Shown here in pieces: positions 29,199 through 40,900 of a DNA stretch of 64,000 nucleotides (positions are counted from its first letter, which is position 1; each line of letters begins with the position of its first letter). Below the pieces are notes generated by a model. It ran no database searches. It was not told the origin of the DNA and worked only from the letters and a program-made list of their open reading frames with translations. The stretch lies in the IMG/VR virus record IMGVR_UViG_3300002835_000015, positions 1-64,000 of that record, one strand, 5' to 3'. Source of the DNA: a virus. A program made the position numbers and the translations under genes.

Positions 29199-29205
29199 GT
29201 GACTT

Positions 29206-29688
29206 ATGCCAGTAAATGTGCCAGAGAGCGTTTTTGCCAAATATTATGACGTAATAGATTCTACCTTCGATATTTTTGGCGTAATGTGCAAACTTGTGTC
29301 TACTAATAGAATAGAAGAAACTGTATATAATCCAAACAATAATATTCCAGAAAAAAATTCTATAAATGTTCATCGTCTGAATAATCCAGATTATGAGCGA
29401 GGCAATAAAATTATAAGAGAAGTAGAAGTACTTACAGAAATCAAATTAAAAGTTTATTGGAATCCAAAAGAGTGGATTAACGTTGCTGGTGATATACAAG
29501 TTCCAAATAATGTTATACAGACTATTGGTTTTATGAAAGACTTACCACAAATACTAAAAGCCAAAGCACTCATAGTTCACAAGGATATACAGGACTATAA
29601 AGAAATGAGATTTGAGAGAATGGGGGAGCATATACCAATGGGACTTAGGCAAAATAGGTATTTTTCTTGCCTTTGGAATAGAGTATGA
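29206..29688 (+). CDS. Putative head-closure (stopper) protein
   Basis: Size, beta-rich character and position in the neck cluster. Confidence 0.45.
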   Translation: MPVNVPESVFAKYYDVIDSTFDIFGVMCKLVSTNRIEETVYNPNNNIPEKNSINVHRLNNPDYERGNKIIREVEVLTEIKLKVYWNPKEWINVAGDIQVPNNVIQTIGFMKDLPQILKAKALIVHKDIQDYKEMRFERMGEHIPMGLRQNRYFSCLWNRV

Positions 29689-30323
29689 CGATAACATTGA
29701 AATTACTTGAGCCAGTTGATCAGATAGAAAATAATATACTATCTGCTTTGGCTACTCAATTTAATTCTTCAATGAAATCAAATGCTTCAAAAATTCTAAA
29801 TAGTATTAAACTACTAATTCCATCTTGGATATCAAATCAACCCGAAATGCAATCCTTATTGTCTGGTAATACTCAGTCATTAGTAGGCCAGTTTGGTATA
29901 ACAATCTCACCATCTACTATAGTTAATACTATAATAACATCTATTGTAAATTCATGCTCCGTATCAATAGTTCCATATAATAACAAACTCAAAAATGGCG
30001 GTATTGAAATAAATATTCAGCCCGATGATTTCTCTAATTTATTGAGTTTGCCACAAGGTCATTCCGTATATAGAGATGGAGATTTACATTGGCTAGATTG
30101 GTTACTCAACAAAGGTGATCAAGTTATAATAGTTGGATATGAATACAATCCCCAAACTGGTTTAGGCAGATCAAAACTTGGCAACATGAAATCTGGAGGA
30201 TCATTCAGAGTTCCACCTGAGTTTTCTGGAACTTCAGATAATAATTTTGTTACTCGCTCTTTAGTTGGCTCATCTCAAGAAAAAGAAATAGCTAACATTC
30301 TTCAAAAAATATTAGGTACATAA
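29685..30323 (+). CDS. Putative neck/tail-completion protein
   Basis: LHWLDWLL..G and FRVPP.FSGT..NNFVTR motifs, located between the closure and terminator genes. Confidence 0.45.
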   Translation: MTITLKLLEPVDQIENNILSALATQFNSSMKSNASKILNSIKLLIPSWISNQPEMQSLLSGNTQSLVGQFGITISPSTIVNTIITSIVNSCSVSIVPYNNKLKNGGIEINIQPDDFSNLLSLPQGHSVYRDGDLHWLDWLLNKGDQVIIVGYEYNPQTGLGRSKLGNMKSGGSFRVPPEFSGTSDNNFVTRSLVGSSQEKEIANILQKILGT

Positions 30324-31294
30324 TGAACTATTTAAACCTAAAAGGATTTGATAGCGTATTTGATACTACGCTAAATAATGAATTACAAGACAACATAGTT
30401 GAATTCTTGGAGTGGTCGCTTTTAGAAAAAGGCAACTACATGAATGTCTCTTTAGGAGAATTATCTCCAGAGGGTATAGACTATAGTAAATTAAGATTAT
30501 CTTCCAACCCGTCTTTTCCAAGTGGCAAAGCTTGGGAGGGATTTAGGAAAAACTGGATTTGGCAAAGCGGAGTTTCATATTCACCACCGCCAATTATTGG
30601 TACTAATAATGCTAAACCGGGAATTTCTGGAGTATACGTAAATAATACTTTTTATCCATCCAGTACTAGTGGAACATATGCTCATAAGGTTGATTATTTC
30701 AATGGGCGTATTATATTTAATAATTCTATTCCTACAAATAGCATAGTAAAAGCGGAATATAGTTATAGATATATCAATGTGGTATATGCTAATAGTTTAC
30801 CTTGGTTGGCAGAAATTCAGTATTCATCCCTAAACTTGGGCGAAGACTTCAATAATCTCAATAAGGGTAAATATGATCTACCAACAGAAGCTAGAATCCA
30901 ATTACCATCCATAGCTATTGAAATTGTTCCAAGACGCACAATGAAGGGTTATCAATTAGGAGGCGGTCAATGGGTAGATACTGACGTTTTATTCCACTGT
31001 TTAGCTGAAGATGAATATACTCGTAATAAATTAGTAGATATTATCTCATTACAAAACGATAAAACCATATATATGTTTGATAGTAACTCTATTGCCAGAA
31101 GTGGAGCATTTCCCCTAGATTATAACGGTTTTCCAGTGTCTGGAGCTTTACGATATCCAGATTTAATAGAAAACTACTATCGTGGAAACTTAAGATTGAA
31201 AAATTCTAACGTTCAGAACATGAAGTTAATAAATAGTAATTTTTACGCTGGCATTGTTAGGATGACCCTTGAAACAATCGAAACATCAGTATAA
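30323..31294 (+). CDS. Putative tail terminator with an inserted beta domain
   Basis: IQLPSIAIE...GYQLGGG....DVLFH.LAE....RNKL.DI motif, immediately upstream of the major tail gene. Confidence 0.55.
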   Translation: MNYLNLKGFDSVFDTTLNNELQDNIVEFLEWSLLEKGNYMNVSLGELSPEGIDYSKLRLSSNPSFPSGKAWEGFRKNWIWQSGVSYSPPPIIGTNNAKPGISGVYVNNTFYPSSTSGTYAHKVDYFNGRIIFNNSIPTNSIVKAEYSYRYINVVYANSLPWLAEIQYSSLNLGEDFNNLNKGKYDLPTEARIQLPSIAIEIVPRRTMKGYQLGGGQWVDTDVLFHCLAEDEYTRNKLVDIISLQNDKTIYMFDSNSIARSGAFPLDYNGFPVSGALRYPDLIENYYRGNLRLKNSNVQNMKLINSNFYAGIVRMTLETIETSV

Positions 31295-31299
31295 TTTTA

Positions 31300-31309
31300 G
31301 TGTATAACT
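31300..31309 (+). promoter_or_regulatory. Putative late promoter GTGTATAACT
   Basis: Intergenic, 35 nt before the major tail protein ATG. Confidence 0.65.
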
Positions 31310-31344
31310 AACTAGAGCTTACCATCTTAAAATAGGAGAGAATT

Positions 31345-32628
31345 ATGCCACTTTCAAATAATGCTAGAATTTTCTACGCTTGTCAGGCTGTAGCACTTGA
31401 GCCACTAAATTCTGTCACTGCTACTGGCGTGACAACACTTTCAACTGTAAATCCAACTAATTCGAATGCAAAACATAGTCAAGGTGTACAGATATTACAC
31501 GGCGTTCAGAGCGTTGGCATCAACACAACATTCAATCTAGAACAAGTCTTTGAACTCGGTCAAATCCACATTTATGAAAATATTGAAGGCGTACCCGATA
31601 TTGAAGTCACCTTAGAAAAGGTTCTTGATGGTTACCCCTTAATGTATCATGTGGCATCTACTGCTGTTCAAGCTGACAACTCGTTAACAACTCCAGCCGC
31701 TAAAGCAGCTCTTGTAGCAAGAACCAAACAGCGTTGCAATGCTATTTTAGGTATTTATTCTGATACAGTTTCTCATATTGGGGATGGTAATACAGCCACT
31801 AATGACACAGTAGAAGTTTTGATGAGTGGTATGTATATTAGTAGTATTGGATATACAATCCCTGTAGATGGCAATGCGACCGAATCTCTCACACTTGTTG
31901 GTAATCACAAGCAGTGGAATTTGACTCCAAGTAAGTTTAATCCAACTTTAGCTCGACAGTTAACTTCTGGCAATGCTCCTGCGGCTCCGTTTGAAGATGG
32001 GCCGGGTAATTTTAATAGTACAGCTTTTAGAGGCGGTGTACAAAGAAGAGAAAACGTTGCGTTAAATAAGTCTATTCTACCACAGTCAATCAACGGTGTT
32101 AGGCAGAATACTAGTCCCGGTAACGCTTGGTCAACTACACTAAATGTCACAGGCGTACCACTTGTGCATCTTCAGAATGTTAATATCAGTTGCTCTCTTA
32201 ATAGAGAAAGTGTTCAAGAACTTGGAAGAAAAGCTCCATATACTCGTTATGCCAACTTCCCAGTAGAAGTTACTTGTGAAATTGAAGCAATAACAACTTC
32301 TGGAGACTTTGTTCAAGCTTTAGAAGAAGGTCTAAAGGCCAATCCGCCGGGAGATCCTAATGGTCAATTTAATGTTGGTCAAGCAAATTATGGCAACAAT
32401 ACTAAGAATGAAAGAATTAGAATTGTTTTACATGATGGAACCATAATAGACCTTGGTAGTAAAAATAGACTATCATCTATTAATTATACTGGCGGTGACG
32501 CTGGCGGTGGTAATGCTACTGTAACTTATAGTTATAGTACATATAACTCCCTAAGTGTTCTTCATCCAAATGATCCAGCAAATGTTGCAGCAACTGATTT
32601 TGGTGGATTTTTCTATAATGGTCAATAA
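31345..32628 (+). CDS. Major tail (tube) protein
   Basis: Own promoter motif and AGGAG RBS. Internal two-fold similarity (LEQVFELGQ vs RESVQELGR). Located before the chaperones and tape measure. Confidence 0.7.
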   Translation: MPLSNNARIFYACQAVALEPLNSVTATGVTTLSTVNPTNSNAKHSQGVQILHGVQSVGINTTFNLEQVFELGQIHIYENIEGVPDIEVTLEKVLDGYPLMYHVASTAVQADNSLTTPAAKAALVARTKQRCNAILGIYSDTVSHIGDGNTATNDTVEVLMSGMYISSIGYTIPVDGNATESLTLVGNHKQWNLTPSKFNPTLARQLTSGNAPAAPFEDGPGNFNSTAFRGGVQRRENVALNKSILPQSINGVRQNTSPGNAWSTTLNVTGVPLVHLQNVNISCSLNRESVQELGRKAPYTRYANFPVEVTCEIEAITTSGDFVQALEEGLKANPPGDPNGQFNVGQANYGNNTKNERIRIVLHDGTIIDLGSKNRLSSINYTGGDAGGGNATVTYSYSTYNSLSVLHPNDPANVAATDFGGFFYNGQ

Positions 32629-32666
32629 TCAATAGTATTTATTTTTAGGATTTTTAAGGAAACAAA

Positions 32667-32720
32667 ATGAAACTCCCGCTTGTGAGAAAGCTGTATGAAG
32701 CATCATGAGCGGGAGTTTTT
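32667..32720 (+). promoter_or_regulatory. Leader ORF (13 aa) overlapping a hairpin that encloses the next start codon; terminator/attenuator-like
   Basis: AAACTCCCGCT (32670-32680) and AGCGGGAGTTT (32708-32718) form a perfect inverted repeat ending in a T-run. A uORF at 32667-32708 has an AAGGA RBS. Confidence 0.6.
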
Positions 32721-33726
32721 CGTTTCTATGATAAGGTCTGGCAAAGTATTCATAAGTCATAAGGATATAGATTTAGAAATATACCCACTAACACTTGATC
32801 AATCTTTCAAATCTTGCCAAGTATATCAGAAAGCCTACGATAAAGCATATTCTGAAGAAATAATGACAGAAGAGGATATGGATCAATGGATGATGGAAAA
32901 TGAACTTTGGACACTGCACGATGATAAGAAGGAGGAAGGACTCAAAAAAGACATTGAAAGACTAAAAGTAGAAATCTACAACGCTAGAGATAATGCTATG
33001 CTAGCTAGTAATTTAAGAAAATATATACGGGCGGGCGAAGCTCAAATAACATCTCACCTAAATAAAAAGTATATATATCATCAAAATACTTGCGAAGGCA
33101 TTGCTTCTTCTGAAAGGTTAGCTTGGATAATAAAAAATACGACATACTTCAATGGTAAGCTCTATAATTTTGAAGAATTGTCGTTGCAATACGTTGTAGA
33201 TGAATGGCAGTCGCACTTTATTTCAGAAAGTAAATCTAGAGAATTAGCTAGAAATGACCCTTGGAAATCGTTATGGGTCACTAGAGAAAGTTCTGGCTTT
33301 ACACTTTTTGCAAATCCGCCAAATACCGAATTAACTTATAACCAAAAGAATATTTTAATTTGGTCACAAATGTATGATAATATTCAAGAGTCTATGGAAT
33401 GTCCAAACAAAGAAGTTATAGAAGATGACGATATGCTAGACGGTTGGTTTATTATTCAGCATAAGAAGAGAGAGAAGGACAGGGTAGAAAAAGAATTCGA
33501 AAATAGCACTAAAAACGAAAAAATTAAGAATGCACCAGAGGTATTTGTTGTTGCCAGCAAAGAAAAAGCAGAAAAAATTAATGATATGAATGACATGAAT
33601 GCTAAGATGATAAAGCACCAAAGAAAACTCGCCCTTGATCGTTATGGATCTTTAGACGAGCAAAATCTACCGGATCAAAGAAGAAACATACAGGCCATGG
33701 CTAATAATCAAAACAGAGGAAAATAG
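32695..33726 (+). CDS. Tail assembly chaperone-like protein, long paralogue
   Basis: Between the tube and tape measure genes. Its N-terminal ~160 aa align with 34085. Confidence 0.55.
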   Translation: MKHHEREFFVSMIRSGKVFISHKDIDLEIYPLTLDQSFKSCQVYQKAYDKAYSEEIMTEEDMDQWMMENELWTLHDDKKEEGLKKDIERLKVEIYNARDNAMLASNLRKYIRAGEAQITSHLNKKYIYHQNTCEGIASSERLAWIIKNTTYFNGKLYNFEELSLQYVVDEWQSHFISESKSRELARNDPWKSLWVTRESSGFTLFANPPNTELTYNQKNILIWSQMYDNIQESMECPNKEVIEDDDMLDGWFIIQHKKREKDRVEKEFENSTKNEKIKNAPEVFVVASKEKAEKINDMNDMNAKMIKHQRKLALDRYGSLDEQNLPDQRRNIQAMANNQNRGK

Positions 33727-33736
33727 GAGGATAAAT

Positions 33737-34069
33737 ATGGAACCAGACTATAAAAAGGTTAGAGAATCAAAATACAAAGCCGACTCAAAAGATAGGTTGT
33801 CCAAAATTCTTAAAAAGAAAATACAGACTACTATGATTGGTGCTTTGAGTACTTTAGAAGAAAATTTTAGTTTTTTGTGGACTAATGAATCTGGAGAACC
33901 CTTATCAAAAGATCAAGAAGTCATGAAGAGCTTATACAATAAAGTAAGGTCAGAAATACTTGACCGAGGAAATAATCAAGCAAGAAATATTGACGCAGAA
34001 TTGGCTCAATATGAAGTTGAGTGGACAAGATATCAAATGAAAATACCCGTAATCAATCCTAATAACTAA
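33737..34069 (+). CDS. Hypothetical helical protein in the tail chaperone region
   Basis: AGGAGG RBS, 110 aa. Confidence 0.65.
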   Translation: MEPDYKKVRESKYKADSKDRLSKILKKKIQTTMIGALSTLEENFSFLWTNESGEPLSKDQEVMKSLYNKVRSEILDRGNNQARNIDAELAQYEVEWTRYQMKIPVINPNN

Positions 34070-34084
34070 TAACTGGAGGAAACC

Positions 34085-34963
34085 ATGTCGCAGGATAAGG
34101 AAAAGATCGTTGATGTTAAAACTACAAGAGATGGTAAAGAAGAAACAACTAAAATAGTTGTAAAACGCCCAAGTAGTTCAGTAATTTCTCAGGCGCAAAG
34201 AGTCGGAGCCAAAGCTTGGACTGATTGCGTTCGTGATGGGATTATGACTAAAAAGGAACTAGAAAAGTTTATGAAAGAACAAGGTATTTGGGACGAAGGC
34301 AAAGACGAAGAACAAAAGAAGGTAATTCAAGAGATTGCAAATCTTGAAAGAAGTCTATATGTGAGTGGAAATGCAGGGAAAAAGCTTAAGGCTTCTGAAG
34401 GCAAAAACATTGCTATTCAGATGAGAATTAAGAGAAATGAGCTTAGAGACTTAATTGCTGAGAAAATGAGCCTTGAGCAAAATACCGCAGAATCCATTTC
34501 TGATAACGTAAGATTTGACTACCTTGTTGCTAGTTGCACTTATTATGAAAATGGTCAGAAAGTGTATAATGATCTAGATGACTATAAGGAAAGATCTGAT
34601 GATCAGATCGCTTTTAGCGCAGCTTCTAGTCTAGCATCCATGATGTATTCTGTAGATAAGGATTTTGAGGCCAAACTGCCAGAAAACAAATTCCTTAAAA
34701 TGTTCCATTTTGTGGATGATAATCTAAGCTTGGTAAATGATAAGGGCGAAACAGTAGATACAGACGGTAAGAGAATAGATAAGCAAGGATATTGGCTTAA
34801 TGATGAAGGCAAGAGAGTAGATAAAGATGGCAATGTTCTTGATGAAAATGGCAATTATGTCCCTACCGTAACATATGTAGACGACGAGGATAAAGAAGTA
34901 AAAGTAGAAGAAACAGAAAAACCCGCTAAGAAAAAGAAGTCAACAGCAACGGATAGTGAATGA
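34085..34963 (+). CDS. Tail assembly chaperone-like protein with C-terminal (D/N)xxG hairpin repeats
   Basis: GGAGG RBS, paralogue of 32695, with the repeat tract VNDKGETVDTDGKRIDKQGYWLNDEGKRVDKDGNVLDENG. Confidence 0.6.
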   Translation: MSQDKEKIVDVKTTRDGKEETTKIVVKRPSSSVISQAQRVGAKAWTDCVRDGIMTKKELEKFMKEQGIWDEGKDEEQKKVIQEIANLERSLYVSGNAGKKLKASEGKNIAIQMRIKRNELRDLIAEKMSLEQNTAESISDNVRFDYLVASCTYYENGQKVYNDLDDYKERSDDQIAFSAASSLASMMYSVDKDFEAKLPENKFLKMFHFVDDNLSLVNDKGETVDTDGKRIDKQGYWLNDEGKRVDKDGNVLDENGNYVPTVTYVDDEDKEVKVEETEKPAKKKKSTATDSE

Positions 34964-34996
34964 GATAGAGTTGTGTGGCATCAGTAAAGGAGAATT

Positions 34997-37900
34997 ATGT
35001 CCAAATTCGTACTGACCGCACAATTACAGCTACAAGCCCCGAATAATGTTAAGCAAGTTGTACAACAAATACAAACCCAGTTAAATGGCGTTAGTGTTAA
35101 CATACAAGTCCAGAATGCTGGACAAGCTCAAAAACAAATTCAGCAAGTAGCTCAAGCAACTAATCAAGCAACAACAGCAGCAGAACGCATGGGTAAAGCA
35201 TTTGCTCTATCTATTAGGCGTTTTGCTGCCTTTTCTATTGCCACGCGGGCGGTTGGCTTATTCACCAGTACTCTTGGTGATGCTGTTCAAGCATCCATTG
35301 ACTTTGAGAGGCAATTGATTAAAGTCTCTCAGGTCACTGGAAAAAGCATAGGTCAGCTTCGTGGACTAACTAAGCAAATTACTGATTTGTCTACTGGATT
35401 TGGTGTTGCATCTTCTGATTTACTTAATGTTTCTACAATTTTAGCACAAGCCGGTTTAAGTGCTGAAGACACATCGGCAGCATTAAGAACGTTAGCAAAA
35501 GCTGCTCTTGCCCCTAACTTTGATAGCATAACAGAAACGGCAGAAGGTGCTATTGCTATCTTAGCACAATTTGGTCAAGGCGTTGGAGCATTAGAAAAGC
35601 AGCTTGGTTCTATTAACGCTGTAGCCGGTGCATTCGCCGTAGAAGCCAGTGACTTAATTGACGTTGTTCGTAGAACGGGTGGTGTATTCAAATCTTCTGG
35701 TGGTAATCTTAATGAACTTTTAGCACTATTTACTAGCGTAAGAGCCACAACCCGAGAGAGTGCTGAAAGTATTGGTACTGGCTTACGTACAATCTTCACA
35801 CGTATCCAGCGACCAAAGACCATTGAATACTTAAAACAGTTTGGTGTTGAACTAACAGACTTAGATGGTAAGTTTGTTGGCCCATACGAAGCCATTAAAA
35901 GGCTAAGTGAGGCATTAGCTGGACTTGGCGATGGTGATGTTACATTTATTAGAATTGCTGAAGAGCTTGGTGGATTCCGACAAATTGGTAAAGTTCTTCC
36001 ACTATTACAGCAATTCTCTACTGCTCAGTCTGCGCTTAATGTCGCAATGAAAGCGGGCGATTCTTTAACTCAAGATGCTGCATCGGCACAGGCGGCACTT
36101 GCTGTTAGAATTATGAAAGTCAAAGAAGAATTTTTGGCATTAATTCGTAGTATTACTGAAACTTCTACTTTTCAGATAATGGCAAATACTGCGCTATCAT
36201 TAGCTTCAGCTTTAATCAAAATTGGAGATTCTATTAAACCACTACTACCAATGCTTGCTGCTTTAGCAACTTTTAGATTAGCTAAAGGATTGGGTGGTTT
36301 TTTTGGTGGCATGATGAGTGGTGCTGCTTCTGGACGAACTTATAATAAAGGTGGTAAAGTTCTTGGGTTTGCTAGAGGTGGTTTAGTTCCCGGTACTGGG
36401 AACGGAGATACTGTTCCTGCGATGTTAGCTCCCGGTGAATTTGTTATACGCAAAAGTAGCGTCAACAAGATGGGTGCTGGAAGACTAGCAGCGATGAATG
36501 AAAATCGATATGCGGCTGGTGGAATCACAAAAGCAAAACAAATGGGCATGTCTACGGCTGATGTTTTATCATCCTCTCGCGCTTCCATTAAATCTCCTAG
36601 ATTTTCAAGAGAATCTTCTGTTGGTATAGCCACTACTTCTTATCTACCGCAACCTGCTTCTTCTAATATTTCTATCGATAGAGATTCTGATGTTATTAAT
36701 CAAGTTATAGGAGGCGTTGGATATAGTTTATCTTCTAAATTTGGTCCAAAAAATTCTTTAGAGGCAATACAAAGTTTATTCAAGGGTAAGAAAAATTTTG
36801 CATTTGGAGCTACCATAGAGGGTGTTGGCAGAGATGAAGAATCTCAATTTGCTAATATAATTAATCAATCTATTTCAACAGCTATTGACACATCTGCAAA
36901 TAGATTCGCTACAGAGGTAATGAAAACATCACCACCCGGATCGGTGAAAAAATTATCATCTTTTTATAATACTTTAGACCAAGGTTTTCGTGGTCAATTA
37001 TTTGAAAATACTATTTCAGCATTAGCTGGCAAACCCCTATCTGGACAAGATTCAAGAAGACCATTTGACTTCACAAGAGGTATTGGCAAGTTTAGAAGTA
37101 TCTATGGTAATCTTGGCATGGATTATATAGATGCTAAAATTACAAAATCATCAGCTGGTTTAGGAACAACAGGTTTATTGACTAGTCCCGGTGAGGACGC
37201 TTTAAAATCTAAAGTCTCTGGTCAACTTGCCCTAGAAAGTTTGCCATTCATTCAATCTATTATTGGATCTGCTAAAAAAAGATATTTTGGTGGACTTATC
37301 CAAAAGTTTGCAGAAGGTGGTGAAGTATTAGAAAGAGGAACACAAAAATATTTAATCTCCGACGTTGTTAAGGGGATGAGAGAATTACAGGGCAATTCAG
37401 CATTAAGCGAGAAAGACGCTATTGCTTTATTTAACTCCAAAGATGCCCGTGGAGATTTTATTTATACTAACTTTGGTGGACCGGGAAGTGTAAAACTACC
37501 AAAGTGGATGGGAACTTATAGGCCACAATCGGCAGCTTATGGGGCATTTCAGAAAGCCCAAGCCGATAAACAAAATAGAATATCTGATGCAATGAGAAGG
37601 CAGGGCAAATCTATGCGAGATTATGAAACTCGCCGTGAATTTGCTACCGGCGGTGGAGTTGGTACTGATACCGTTCCCGCCCTATTAACTCCCGGTGAGT
37701 TTGTTGTTAATCGTAAGTCTGCACAGCGTATTGGTTATGGTTCGTTAAATAGGATGAACAAGGTTGGAAAATATGCGAATGGTGGAGTTGTTCAACACTT
37801 TGCGGCTGGATCTTCTGGTTCTGGAGTTAAAGCCCCCGGCGACTTAGCCGCTAGTGGAGCAAGAGTTACAGATGCAATAATGGGCAAATTAAGTCCTAAA

Positions 37901-40900
37901 GATGCAGCTTTAGTCAAAGATTCGATGAAAAAGAATTCTGACACATTTGATAAACTTACTAAAGAGATGCAGGACTTACTCTTTATGGAAGAAGAAGTAA
38001 CAGCTGCATATAAAGCATTAGCTAGAGCTTTAAAATCTGGAGTATCAGCAGAAGAAGCTCATCGTCAAGCATTAGCTGCCGCTGATGCGCAATTAAATGC
38101 TGGCAAAGGTGGAACAGGAATACCAGCTAGTAGTAGCGGCGTTTTAAGAGAAGCATCAATGACGGCAGAAGCAGAGGATGCAAAGGCAAGAACAAAGGTT
38201 GGACAATATAAAAGCGAAACAGGACCGTTAGGTAGAACTTTTGCTACTGAACAGGAAAAAAATGTAGCACTTCTTGAAAATAAAGCTAAAAAAGGACAAG
38301 TAACGGCAGAAGACCTTGGCAAAGGTCTAGGTGATGGTTTAAGTCAATCTCAAGCAAAAGCAATTGCCGCAACAAATGCCCAAGCAATAGCATCTCAAAA
38401 AGCTGCTCAGTCTAATATGACAGAAGCTGCCGCTTCAGATAAAGCAGCAAAAGCTGATGCAGCAGAAGCTGTAAGTAGTTCTAAAGCTTCTGGTATGGAT
38501 TTTGGCAATGTAGCAATGGGACTTTCTATGGTTAGTGGAACAATTCAGTCTATGCTGCCACCATTAGATGAAAATGCTAGCTTACTTACACAAATGTCTC
38601 ATGGTGTTCTTGGAGTTATAACAACTATAACTGGTTTAGCTTTTGCTGCATCTGCATTTGGTATTACTTTGAATGCTTCTACAGTTGCTTCTATGGCATC
38701 CACAGCGGCTAGTTTTTTGATGGGTACTGCCGGTGCCGCTGCTAGCACAGCAACATTAACATTAGCTGGTTCTGCTACATTAGCTGCTGCTGGAACTACT
38801 GGATTTGCTGCGGCAGCATTTACGGCTGCGGCAGGATTATTGACGGCGATGGCACCATTTATAGCTGCCGCCGTTGCTGTTGCTGGACCATTATTGTTAA
38901 TAGTTGGCATTGCATACGCTGTAACTAAAGCGTTTAATTTTATGATTGGTGCTTTTTATGATAAGTCTAAAGAATTAAAGAAAGCGACAGAAGAAGGTAA
39001 AGTACAAGAAGCTTCTAAATTAGCTGGACAACAATATGATTTAGAAGCTGCTAATAGCACTAGAGCTTTATATGGTACAATGGGTGCTGGTATTGGTGCA
39101 TTTTTTGGTGGTCCATTTGGAGCATTAATTGGTGCAGCTATAGGAAATCTTGGAGGAACGTTACTGGCTTATATTGCACCCGATTTTACAGAAGGTATCA
39201 ATGTTTTATTTGGTGGAAATACTAGAGCTAGTGCTGTTGCATTAGCCGCAGCCCAAGCTGGAGCAGTTAAGACTCAAAAATCCTTAGATGAAGCTCAAAA
39301 AATAGCTGCTAAAGCTATGGATGATTTTAAAAATGGAACCATATCTGCTTCTGATGCTCTAGCAAAGATTAGAGCTAAAAGTGGTGAAGCGGCATCTCAA
39401 GTGGGAAGAGCAGCTTCACTTGCAAAAGAAAATAGTAAAAATAGATCTACTGGGGCATTGAGCTATGGTCGAGAAACTATGGCCTATTTAAGTTTAGGTT
39501 ATGTTGACTCGGCAAAAGAAAGAAATGATAAGTTAAGCACTCAAAATGTAGAACAAATTAATAATGCATCCAAACAACAACAAGAAGCTTTTAATGTTGA
39601 AAGTCCTGCTAGGCAAGCTGCTATTAGATCTGGCTTAGCGAGGGGTGGCAATGCAAAAGATATCAGAACACAAGCGATGGGTAGTCTTCGAAGTCAGCGA
39701 GAAGAAGCTTTAAAAACCGCTCAATCTGCTGCAAAATCTGGAGATGATACAACTTATGATGCTGCTATAGCTCAAGCCAAGCAAATAGCTGATCAAATGG
39801 AGCAAGTAGATAAAGAAATAGAGAATATTGAGAAAGAGGTTAAGCGTCAAAAAGAATTGTATAATGCTATGAATCTTGGTTTGCGTTCTGCGGTTGCGAC
39901 TGCTACCGCATTATCAGCTAACATGAATAATTTTTCTGCCGGTCTAGAGGTTGGTGGATCAGCATTCGTAAATGATGTTGAATTTTTACAGCAAGCTATG
40001 AGTAGTTCTGCTCAAGCTATGGACCCCGCAGAAATTCAGAATGCTGTTAAGGGTGTATCAGATAATCTTAGACAGTTTGGATCTTCTGAGCAGTATATTA
40101 AGAAATTTGAAGGTAATGTTGCCGCATTTACTCAAGCTCAAGCCGGTTATAACACAGCTTTCAATAATATTAAGAAGTCAATGTCTGATGCCGATTTTAA
40201 GAATTTAAGTCCAGACGATCTAAAAAAGAAATTTGCAGAAGAATTAACTAAGGGTATGGGTCCAGATGTTTCCGAAGATGCCAAAAAGAATCTAAAATCA
40301 GTTATTGAAGGAATGGAATTAGATACCGGAGAAGTAGATAAAATACTTGCTGGAGATTTAAGCGTATTTGGAGATAAACTATCTGAATCTCAAAAGAAAA
40401 TGCTTGAAGATGTTCAGAAAATTGCTGCCGAAAGAGCAAAAGCTGAACAAGTATTAATTGACTTTACTAAGAAGAGAATTGATGCTGAAAGAAATCTAGT
40501 TCAAGCACAGCAAGAAGCTCTTGACTTGACTATGGAGGGTCGTGAAATTCAAGGTAAATATGGTGGCAAAGCCGTTACCGGACAAGAAAGAAGAAACAAC
40601 TTATTAGCCAAGTCTAATGCCGAAAGCGGTAGGCTAGGTCTAACAAATATGAGAACTGGCAGCATAGGAGAGTTAAGACAAAGAAATACTGAAATTAAGA
40701 ATAGTTTTGCCGCTATAGAAGCCAAAAGAAGTCAAAAGGGTGGAATGTCAGGAAAATCTGGCGTAGAAGCTGATGAAACTCAAAAAGACTTACAGAAAGC
40801 CTATAAGACACAAATTGATACAATAAGAGGATTAATCAAACTAGAAGAAGAGCAGCTTAAAATTACTCAAGAGAAAAACAAGCTTGAAAAAGATTCTATG

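Noticed and set aside
31345-32628. Tail sheath / contractile tail or a contractile injection system
   Set aside because: No sheath or baseplate-wedge-like gene was recognised, and portal, protease and capsid genes show this is a phage.
33871-33877. T TTT TTG slippery heptamer in the chaperone region
   Set aside because: The -1 frame reaches TAA at 33883-33885, so it cannot produce a GT-like extension.
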